DNA of 32,000 nucleotides from Methylophaga frappieri. Its GTDB lineage: Bacteria > Pseudomonadota > Gammaproteobacteria > Nitrosococcales > Methylophagaceae. The stretch is from positions 2,220,001 to 2,252,000 of the forward strand of contig NC_017856.1 of NCBI RefSeq assembly GCF_000260965.1, given 5' to 3'. Both the position numbers and the translations under genes were made by a program. Positions 9,281 through 16,641 of the stretch are shown in pieces. Every line of letters begins with the position of its first letter. Position 1 is the first letter of the stretch. The notes beneath the pieces were generated by a model. It saw only the letters and a program-made list of their open reading frames with translations. It searched no databases and had not been told where the DNA came from.

Positions 9281-10720
9281 ATGAAACCGTCTTTTCCTGA
9301 ATTTTTTAATGCACCGATAATCGTCGTCGGTGATGTCATGCTGGATCGTTTTTATTTCGGCAAAACGCAGCGCATTTCACCGGAAGCGCCGGTACCGATA
9401 GTGAATGTGGAGCGTCTTGAAGATATTCCGGGCGGTGCTGCCAATGTGGCAATGAATATTGCGTCGCTGGGTGCGCGTTGTCAGTTGTTAGGGATTACCG
9501 GTGAGGATGAAGCTGCGGTGGTTTTACAGCAACGACTGGATGCGGTGGGCATCGACTGCCACTTTCAAAAAGGGGCGCGGTCAACCATTATCAAGTCACG
9601 CATCATTAGTGCGCATCAACAATTGCTCCGTATGGATTTTGAAACGCCATTTACGCACGACGAGGCGAAGCCGTTACCTAATCTCAGCGCGCCATTATTC
9701 ACCCAAAATAAAGTGCTGATTTTGTCTGATTACAATAAGGGCACTTTAGCGCAACCGCAACCGCTGATTCAGTCTGCAAAAGCCGCAGGGTTGCAAGTGT
9801 TGGTAGATCCAAAAGGTAAGGATTTTTCTAAATATCGCGGTGCCGATTTAATTACACCGAATATGGCCGAGTTTGAATCCGTAGTAGGGGCAATTCATTC
9901 GGAAGCAGAATTATTAGAAAAAGCACGGCAATTAATTATCGATCTAGAGATTGCGGCGTTGTTAATTACGCGCAGTGAACAGGGTATGTCGCTTATCCAT
10001 GCGGATGGCCGTGAATTGCATTTGCCGGCAATTGCCAAGGAGGTGGCCGATGTCACGGGCGCCGGCGATACGGTTATTGCGACACTCGGTTCAGCATTAG
10101 CAGCGGGACAAAGTCTGCAGCAAGCCGTTATTTTGGCGAATGTAGCGGCCAGTATTGTGGTGAGCAAACTTGGTACAGCGACGGTAAGTAGTCCTGAACT
10201 TCAAGCCGAGTATCAACGACATCAAGGTGCTCATCACACGGATCATGCCATTGCTGGGGCGGTCACCACGGAGCAACTTAAAACAGCCGTCGCGCAAGCC
10301 AAACAACGTGGTGAAAAAATCGTATTTACCAATGGTTGTTTTGATATTTTGCATGCAGGCCATGTCAGTTATTTACATGAAGCCAGACAATTGGGCGATC
10401 GCTTGATTGTGGCAATTAACACGGATGCCTCGGTGACGAAGTTAAAAGGACCGGGCCGGCCGATTAATACGGCAGAGCGTCGTCAAACGGTATTAGCCGG
10501 TTTAGCTGATGTGGATTGGGTGACTTGCTTCGCGGGTGACACCCCTGAAGCACTGCTTCGAGAAATTCAGCCTGATATCTTGGTCAAAGGCGGCGATTAC
10601 GATAAAACGGGCGTTGTTGGCTGGGAAATTGTTGAAGCTTATGGCGGCGAGGTGAAGGTGATGGGCTTGGTAGAAAATTGTTCAACGACGGCCATCGTCA
10701 ATAAAATTAATCAGCGATAA
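9281..10720 (+). CDS. hldE: Bifunctional D-beta-D-heptose 7-phosphate kinase / D-beta-D-heptose 1-phosphate adenylyltransferase
   Basis: 479-aa ORF starting [37 protein letters not shown] (E. coli HldE starts [27 protein letters not shown]). It has a ribokinase-like DVTGAGDT motif and a C-terminal cytidylyltransferase motif, [17 protein letters not shown]. Confidence 0.95.
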   Translation: [479 protein letters not shown]

Positions 10721-10763
10721 TTGGCTTGCGATTGAGTCACGCATAACATCATTTGGAAGTAAG

Positions 10764-11063
10764 TTGAGCAAAAAGTCCCCCATCGAGATACCAACAGATC
10801 TGACACCACTGGAGAAAATTGAATATGTCTTCAATGACTTGGTGCAATGGTATGGCGATGCTGAAAAGAAAGAAGTGCGGGTTGCAGCCAAACTATTGCT
10901 GGTGTCCCTCGAAAAGTTTTCTCAACATGCCGGCCCGGACTGGGCTGATTTAGTTGGCGAATATATCGATATTCTTAAAAAGGATCCGGAAAAATTTCAA
11001 AAGATCCTGGAGGCCAACCGGGGTGAACTGAAAGGGCGACCAGATAAAGATCGCTACCATTGA
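10764..11063 (+). CDS. Hypothetical 99-aa acidic helical protein (TTG start)
   Basis: The frame has no ATG codon. The TTG at 10764 is preceded by GGAAG with a 4-nt spacer. The ORF lies 43 nt downstream of hldE on the same strand. I recognise no family. Confidence 0.45.
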   Translation: MSKKSPIEIPTDLTPLEKIEYVFNDLVQWYGDAEKKEVRVAAKLLLVSLEKFSQHAGPDWADLVGEYIDILKKDPEKFQKILEANRGELKGRPDKDRYH

Positions 11064-11064
11064 G

Positions 11065-11772
11065 TTAGCTGAGCAGAAATTGACTGTATTTTTGCTCGTT
11101 TTTAAGCAAGTTTGCGAATTTTCGCGTTTGTTTCGGTAAATGAATCACGTCATCGAGAAACTGTTTTTTGCGGCGTTTTTTGGTGAACTCTGCGGGTTCA
11201 AAAAAATGGTGAGCATTGTCAAAAGACAACACAAAGGGCGCATGTCCTGCACGCATTAAGAAATAGCTCATTATCAATGAGCCGGTTCGATGATTACCTT
11301 CTAAAAATAACTGTGGCTGGCTCAAAATCAGTGTGAATACCCCGGCAGCCCGTTTCCAGACGGAAGCACTTCGATGAAGCGATAGCCAATCATTTATGGC
11401 GCCAATACCGTTATTTTCTGAGCTATAGAAGTGTGCTTTTGTTGCCTCAAACTGAGCAAGGCGTTCCGTTTCAGAAATTGCGGCGGTATGGCAGAGGACA
11501 GTTTGATTTAGCGCCAGAAGATGTTCTGAATGCCCGTAGGCAAACAAGTCCATATCATCGGCAAGATACCGATCCAGCAACGCATAGCCCGCCAATAGAT
11601 TATTAATTACTTCATCTGATGGCGGAGTGCGCTTGACCGATAACGTCGCATTAATCTTATCGAAATTCTTTTGCGTTTCCTGCAATCGCAATCGAATGGC
11701 TGGCAAATTCATTCTTGGCGAGGCTAAGGTTGGTTTCCGCTCAGTTGCACAGGTGGGTTGAAGTGATTGCAT
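11065..11772 (-). CDS. Fic/DOC-fold protein with degenerate active-site motif (pseudo-Fic)
   Basis: 235-aa ORF (alternative start Met21 at 11712). Residues 141-180, AAGVFTLILSQPQLFLEGNHRTGSLIMSYFLMRAGHAPFV, align by eye to the Fic core HPFx[DE]GN[GK]RxxR plus the following helix. The catalytic His is replaced by Gln (CAG, 11311-11313), Pro by Leu, and the last Arg by Ser. It lies 40 nt downstream of pstB on the same strand. Confidence 0.6.
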   Translation of the reverse strand: MQSLQPTCATERKPTLASPRMNLPAIRLRLQETQKNFDKINATLSVKRTPPSDEVINNLLAGYALLDRYLADDMDLFAYGHSEHLLALNQTVLCHTAAISETERLAQFEATKAHFYSSENNGIGAINDWLSLHRSASVWKRAAGVFTLILSQPQLFLEGNHRTGSLIMSYFLMRAGHAPFVLSFDNAHHFFEPAEFTKKRRKKQFLDDVIHLPKQTRKFANLLKNEQKYSQFLLS

Positions 11773-11812
11773 TGCTCACAACAACCCATCGCTGACGTCA
11801 GTAAAACACAAC

Positions 11813-12640
11813 TTAGCTGAACTCGCCGTTGACGTAGGCACGCGTTAACGCTTGGTCGGGAGATTCGAAAATTTTGCGGGTTTCTGCCATTTCAACCAAG
11901 TGACCGGTGCGGCACCCTTTAGAAATATCCACCCCCATAAAGGCGGTCACATCGGCAACACGCATGGCCTGCTGCATATTATGGGTGACTAGTGCCACAC
12001 TATAATGCTCTTTGAGTTCGACCATCAGCTCCTCAATTTGACGAGTCGCAATGGGGTCCAAAGCCGAGCAGGGCTCATCCATCAGTAACACATCAGGCTC
12101 TGTGGCAATTGCGCGCGCAATACACAAGCGTTGTTGTTGACCACCTGATAAAGACAAGCCACTGTTTTTCAGTTTGTCTTTGACATCATTCCACAGCGCA
12201 GCACGTTTCAGAGCACGTTCTACCATTTCGGCTTCATCGCCTTTAAAGGCATTCAAACGCAGGCCAAACGCGACATTGTCGTATATGCTCATAGAGAAAG
12301 GGTTCGGCAGTTGAAACACCATACCGATGTAGCGTCTTACGACAACGGCATCAACTTTTTTCCCATAAATATCATGGTTGTGATACTGGATACTGCCTTC
12401 GAAACGGAAAGAATCAATCAGATCATTCATCCGGTTCATGCTACGAAGTACCGTACTTTTACCGCAGCCTGATGGGCCGATAAAACCGGTCACCTTGTTT
12501 TTTTCGATAGGCACAATGGTGTCTCGAACCGCTCGGAAGTCGCCGTAATAAATATTCTTAACTTGACAATCCAAAACAACGGGGCCGGTTGGCTGATAAG
12601 GTTTGGCGATAAATGAGCCAGTGTCAGCGTGATGGTTCAT
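11813..12640 (-). CDS. pstB: Phosphate ABC transporter ATP-binding protein
   Basis: 275-aa ORF with Walker A (GPSGCGKST), ABC signature (LSGGQQQRL) and Walker B ([11 protein letters not shown]). It is the last gene of the pstSCAB order. Confidence 0.95.
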   Translation of the reverse strand: MNHHADTGSFIAKPYQPTGPVVLDCQVKNIYYGDFRAVRDTIVPIEKNKVTGFIGPSGCGKSTVLRSMNRMNDLIDSFRFEGSIQYHNHDIYGKKVDAVVVRRYIGMVFQLPNPFSMSIYDNVAFGLRLNAFKGDEAEMVERALKRAALWNDVKDKLKNSGLSLSGGQQQRLCIARAIATEPDVLLMDEPCSALDPIATRQIEELMVELKEHYSVALVTHNMQQAMRVADVTAFMGVDISKGCRTGHLVEMAETRKIFESPDQALTRAYVNGEFS

Positions 12641-12655
12641 AGGGTTACCTCAGTT

Positions 12656-13558
12656 TTATTCTCTGAACTTGGAGCGACCAATGATGCGCGCCAAAATATT
12701 GAAGAAAAGCACCAGCATGACCAGCACCAGAGATGCCGCCCAAGCGAGCTCAATCTGGTTTTCAAACGGCATGCCGGAAAAGTTGTAAATCAAAATAGAC
12801 AGGGATGCAGTAGGCTCCGCTAATTCAGCCATGTAGTAGTTGCTGAACAAGGCAGTAAATAACAGCGGCGCGGACTCTCCGGCGGCGCCTGCCACAGCCA
12901 GAATAACGCCGGTAAGAATGCCGGGTAAGCCTGTCGGCAGCACGACTTTAAAAATGACCTGAGTGCGGGTGCAGCCCATACCAAAGGCCGCATCTTTCAT
13001 ACGCTGCGGGACTTGCTTCATCGCTTCTTCCGCAGCCAGAATAACCGTTGGCAACATTAATACGGCAAGCGCCACGCCACCTGCCCATGCGGAGTACGTT
13101 CCCATGGTGACAACCAAGACAGCGTAGACAAAGACACCGGCGAGAATCGATGGAAAACCGGTTAACACTTTAGCTAAAAATCGCGACGTAGTTGCCAGCT
13201 GGCTTTTTGGATTTAACACCCCGAGATAAATGGCCGCCAGTACGCCAATTGGAATACTAATTGCTGCGGCAATGCCTACCATGGTGAGTGTACCGAGAAT
13301 CGCGTTACCAAATCCGCCACCCATTTCAAAACCAGCCGGTGGTAAGGCAGTCAGTGCCTCAATATCCAGACGGGTGCCGCCTTCCACGATCAGCATGAAA
13401 ATCACAGAAAACAGCGGAATGCTGGCGACAATGCCCAGAAACCAGATCAGGCCAGTGAGTAAGGTGTTTTTTAGTGACCGCCATTCGTACACATTTTTTT
13501 CAAGAGAGCGTAAATCGATTCGAGGCGGTAATGTCGCCGTTTTGCTTTCCAGACTCAT
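12656..13558 (-). CDS. pstA: Phosphate ABC transporter permease PstA
   Basis: 300-aa polytopic membrane ORF with the permease EAA-type loop MKDAAFGMGCTRTQVIFKVVLP. Its start overlaps the pstC stop (ATGA). Confidence 0.9.
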   Translation of the reverse strand: MSLESKTATLPPRIDLRSLEKNVYEWRSLKNTLLTGLIWFLGIVASIPLFSVIFMLIVEGGTRLDIEALTALPPAGFEMGGGFGNAILGTLTMVGIAAAISIPIGVLAAIYLGVLNPKSQLATTSRFLAKVLTGFPSILAGVFVYAVLVVTMGTYSAWAGGVALAVLMLPTVILAAEEAMKQVPQRMKDAAFGMGCTRTQVIFKVVLPTGLPGILTGVILAVAGAAGESAPLLFTALFSNYYMAELAEPTASLSILIYNFSGMPFENQIELAWAASLVLVMLVLFFNILARIIGRSKFRE

Positions 13559-14532
13559 GATTTACCCTCAAATTTACGCATGGTCATTTGTTGAATCATC
13601 AGACCACCGATATTGACTAGGAATGTAATTAACAGCAGAACCAGTGCCGCGTACATGAGTGCTTCAATTTCGATTTGACTGGCTTCTGGAAAAGTTGACG
13701 CAAGCAGTGAGGCAAGCGTATTAGCCGGTGCAAACAGAGAAATGCTGATGTTGTTCATATTACCAATCAACATTGCCAAGGCCATGGTTTCACCCAGTGC
13801 GCGACCAAATCCCAGTACCAACCCAGCCAAGATGCCCGAGGAAGCGGTTGGCAGCATGACTTTCAAGATCACTTCCCATTTGGTGGCGCCCATTCCAAAG
13901 GCCGCCTCTTTAATTTTGTAGGGAATACGTCGAAACGCATCGGCTGAAATAGCGGCAACGGTGGGCAAAATCATAATGGCCAAGACCAGTGCGGCTGGCG
14001 CTAGACCCGGACCGCTTAACTCGGTTCCAAAAAAGGGAAACCAGCCCAGGTGTTCATGTAACCAGTTTGCGCCCGGGCGTAGAAGTGGGATAAGCACATA
14101 AATACCCCATAAGCCGTAAACCACGGAAGGAATGGCAGCCAATAATTCGATAATTGTGCGAAAGCTGACCGAGAGTTTAGCCGGCATAAAATCCTGAGTC
14201 AGGAAGATAGCAATTGCCACACCTAATATTCCGCCAATCAGTAAGGCGAGTAACGAGCTGTATAGCGTGCCCCAGATTTCGGGCAGAACGCCAAACTCAC
14301 TTTGATTAACATCCCAGGTGGTGCCAGTGATAAACCCGATACCATGTTGCTGTACCGCTGGCCAGGCTTGTGACCCTAACTCGATAATAATGTAGGCCAC
14401 CAATAGAATAATAGACAGCGCACAGAACAGAGCAAAAAATCGAAAAATACTGTCTTGCAGATAGTCGCTTGCTGATGGCGGTGCTGACAACGTCATATCA
14501 CTGCTATCAGATTTGAAAGGATCATAAGCCAT
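13555..14532 (-). CDS. pstC: Phosphate ABC transporter permease PstC
   Basis: Polytopic membrane ORF with the loop IKEAAFGMGATKWEVILKVMLP. The track start at 14598 would run into the pstS-pstC stem-loop, so I prefer Met23 at 14532 (MAYDPFKSD...). Confidence 0.88.
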   Translation of the reverse strand: MAYDPFKSDSSDMTLSAPPSASDYLQDSIFRFFALFCALSIILLVAYIIIELGSQAWPAVQQHGIGFITGTTWDVNQSEFGVLPEIWGTLYSSLLALLIGGILGVAIAIFLTQDFMPAKLSVSFRTIIELLAAIPSVVYGLWGIYVLIPLLRPGANWLHEHLGWFPFFGTELSGPGLAPAALVLAIMILPTVAAISADAFRRIPYKIKEAAFGMGATKWEVILKVMLPTASSGILAGLVLGFGRALGETMALAMLIGNMNNISISLFAPANTLASLLASTFPEASQIEIEALMYAALVLLLITFLVNIGGLMIQQMTMRKFEGKS

Positions 14533-14590
14533 GCTGTTTTCCAAAATAGGGGAGCAACCCGAACAAGTATCGCCGCTGCCCCAAACGCAA

Positions 14591-14622
14591 CGCTGCAAGT
14601 ATCGTGTGAGATACTTGCAGCG
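14591..14622 (-). terminator. Intra-operon stem-loop between pstS and pstC (candidate partial terminator or mRNA stabiliser)
   Basis: Perfect 13-bp inverted repeat, cgctgcaagtatc / gatacttgcagcg, with a 6-nt loop. On the transcribed (minus) strand it is followed by UUGCGUUU. It lies 33 nt after the pstS stop. Confidence 0.5.
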
Positions 14623-14654
14623 GGGATAGTTGCTTTTGTTTGTTCAACGTCCTG

Positions 14655-15713
14655 TTACTGAATCATTTTTGCCGCATTACGGACTTTTTCGATGACGTTT
14701 TCTGGTAACGGGATATAACCCAGAGAATCAGCGGATTTCTGGCCAGTCGTCACCATGTATTCGATAAGATCACGCATGACTTTGGCTTTTTCATCGTCCA
14801 TGTCTTTATAAACTAATAACCAAGTAAATGAGGCGATAGGATAGGCTTCTTCACTAGAAGGATCCGTTACCCAGCCACGCAGATCCGGCACATCGCTGTT
14901 TGGCAGGTTAGTGGTCGGGAAAGGCGTGCTGGCTAAGGCTTGAGCACCACTTTCTGAACCGGCTTCAATAAAGTTGCCTTTTTGGTTTTCCAGTTTGGCT
15001 GTTGGCAGTTTAGTCAGCTTGGCAAAACCGTATTCCACATAGCCGATGGCGCCCGGCGTTTGTTTAACCGTGGCAGCAATACCGTCATTTTTAGGGGCTT
15101 TAACAAAGGTACCAGCGTTAGGCCAATTTGGTGATTTGGCGGTACCAACGGTTTCTTTAAATGCATCACTGATGGCCGATAAGTGATTGGTAAAGACGTA
15201 GCTGGTACCACTGGAATCAGCACGAACGACGACAGTGATGCGCTTTTCAGGAAGCGTTACGTTCGGGTTAGCCGCTTGAATTTTTGGGTCATTCCATTGC
15301 GTGATTTTACCCATGAAGATTTCAGGGTACACATCGCGTGGCAGGTTCAAACTGGTCACACCGTCGAGATTAAAGGTGAGTACGACTTCGCCAGCCGTCA
15401 TCGGCAGCAAAATTGTTCCTTTATTAACCTTAGCGATTTCCTCATCTTTCATCGCGGCATCGCTGGCCGCAAAGTCAACGGTTTCGTTGATGAAGTCGCT
15501 GATACCACCACCGCTACCTTTTGATTGATAGTCAACGCGAACACCGTCATGTTCTTTGCTGAAGTCTTTAAACCATTTGCTGTAAATCGGGGCAGGGAAA
15601 CTGGCACCAGAACCAATTAATTTCATGTCAGCCTGGGCTGTCAGTGAGGTCATGGCACCCATCAATGTGCCCGCAAGCAACAGTGATTTAGCCTTGTTTG
15701 TGAATAACTTCAT
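14655..15713 (-). CDS. pstS: Phosphate ABC transporter substrate-binding protein
   Basis: 352-aa ORF with a signal peptide (MKLFTNKAKSLLLAGTLMGAMTSLTAQA) and PstS-type periplasmic binding protein features (GSGASFP, SGTSYVFT). AGGAG sits 5 nt upstream of the ATG. It is the first gene of pstSCAB. Confidence 0.9.
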   Translation of the reverse strand: MKLFTNKAKSLLLAGTLMGAMTSLTAQADMKLIGSGASFPAPIYSKWFKDFSKEHDGVRVDYQSKGSGGGISDFINETVDFAASDAAMKDEEIAKVNKGTILLPMTAGEVVLTFNLDGVTSLNLPRDVYPEIFMGKITQWNDPKIQAANPNVTLPEKRITVVVRADSSGTSYVFTNHLSAISDAFKETVGTAKSPNWPNAGTFVKAPKNDGIAATVKQTPGAIGYVEYGFAKLTKLPTAKLENQKGNFIEAGSESGAQALASTPFPTTNLPNSDVPDLRGWVTDPSSEEAYPIASFTWLLVYKDMDDEKAKVMRDLIEYMVTTGQKSADSLGYIPLPENVIEKVRNAAKMIQ

Positions 15714-15780
15714 AACGACTCCTGATTGATGTTTGCGTTCAATGACGCAGGCAAAGTAATCAGTGAGCAGGGTAGGAGGA

Positions 15781-15802
15781 AACTGTTAAAGAATTATGAC
15801 AG
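15781..15802 (-). promoter_or_regulatory. Candidate Pho box upstream of pstS
   Basis: The minus strand reads CTGTCATAATT CTTTAACAGTT, about 70-90 nt upstream of the pstS ATG. The first 11-mer carries a perfect CTGTCAT half-site from the E. coli PhoB consensus CTGTCATA(A/T)A(T/A)CTGTCA(C/T). The second matches 4 of 7. A possible -10 (TACCCT) follows. Confidence 0.35.
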
Positions 15803-15840
15803 TGTGAAATAAATCAAATTGTTATTACGCCAAGAAGTAA

Positions 15841-16641
15841 TCAATACCTTGCCAACAGGTCGTTTGCTTTAACGATATTATCGGTTAAATGGGCGAGATT
15901 AATCGTACCGATAATGATGCTTGCGACAGCGGGATTGGCAAAGTTCAGTTTAAAGCTTGCTTGAATGGCATCGTCTTGATTCGGCAAGTGACCACTGGCA
16001 AAGGCTTTTTTTATGAAAATCGCCTTGTTTTGCTCGGCCGCAGTATCCAATACAGCTTGTTCATCCTGATAGGCCAGATTATGCGTCACCATCACAATAT
16101 CGGACTGGTGCAATGCCTGTAAGCCACCGGCAACGGTTTTTGTTGACATACCCACCGCTTTTATCAGTCCCTGCGCTTTCATCTCATTCAAGGTATCCAA
16201 CGCATGGTGATGGTGAATAATCGGCAGATCCTGGCCATCTGAATGAATCAAGACAATATCCAAAGTGTCCTGATTGAGTCGCTTGAGGCTGGTTTCAACG
16301 CTGCGCTGTAATCCGCTTTTCGAAAAGTCAAAGTGAGACTGACTGGTTTCGGGATCAAAATGCTCGCCGGCTTTAGTACAAATGACAAAGGGATGCGCTA
16401 ATTGAGGAAGTAAATGGCCGAGGCGAGTTTCACTGTTACCATAAGCTGGCGCGGTGTCAATCAAGTTAACCCCCAGATGCCACGCGGTATCAAGCAACTT
16501 GAGTGCCGCCTCATCATCGGGGATAGTAAAGTTGTCCGGATATTTTACGCCGGTATTTCGGCCCAGTTTCACCGTGCCAAGACCCAGTGCCGATACCACC
16601 ACATCGGAATCGGCAATACGGGTTTGTTTTAAAGCGCTCAT
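15841..16641 (-). CDS. Aldo/keto reductase family oxidoreductase (short, 266 aa)
   Basis: AKR-type N-terminus LGLGTVKLG...AALKLLDTAWHLGVNLIDTAPAYGNSETRLG, containing the catalytic Asp/Tyr region. Its start overlaps the upstream gene's stop (ATGA). Confidence 0.8.
   Translation of the reverse strand: MSALKQTRIADSDVVVSALGLGTVKLGRNTGVKYPDNFTIPDDEAALKLLDTAWHLGVNLIDTAPAYGNSETRLGHLLPQLAHPFVICTKAGEHFDPETSQSHFDFSKSGLQRSVETSLKRLNQDTLDIVLIHSDGQDLPIIHHHHALDTLNEMKAQGLIKAVGMSTKTVAGGLQALHQSDIVMVTHNLAYQDEQAVLDTAAEQNKAIFIKKAFASGHLPNQDDAIQASFKLNFANPAVASIIIGTINLAHLTDNIVKANDLLARY

Noticed and set aside
10764-11772. orf99 plus the Fic-like gene considered as a Fic toxin/antitoxin (VbhT/VbhA-like) pair.
   Set aside because: The genes are convergent, not co-oriented. 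I found no [ST]xxxE[GN] inhibitory-helix motif in either protein. The Fic motif also lacks the catalytic His, so a toxin role is unlikely.
11065-11772. Considered whether the gene after pstB is simply a divergent phoU.
   Set aside because: The length is similar (235 aa), but I see no duplicated PhoU three-helix repeat with conserved E/DxxxD metal-binding motifs. Instead, the motif region matches a Fic core.
11792-11801. 10-bp palindrome ctgacgtcag between pstB and the Fic-like gene, considered as a terminator or CRE-like site.
   Set aside because: It has no loop and only a 5-bp potential stem, with no U-tract, so it is too weak to call a terminator. A protein-binding role cannot be judged from one copy.
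13230-13616. 128-aa plus-strand ORF antisense to pstA/pstC. The same type occurs at 6320-6658 (polA), 15183-15524 (pstS), 27206-27601 (waaF) and 31326-31664 (prmC).
   Set aside because: All lie entirely within well-supported genes on the opposite strand and have Pro/Arg/Ser-rich shadow-frame composition.
14533-14598. 22-codon N-terminal extension of pstC (MQRCVWGSGDTCSGCSPILENS).
   Set aside because: It would begin inside the pstS-pstC stem-loop and adds a Cys-rich non-PstC sequence. Met at 14532 gives a normal PstC N-terminus.
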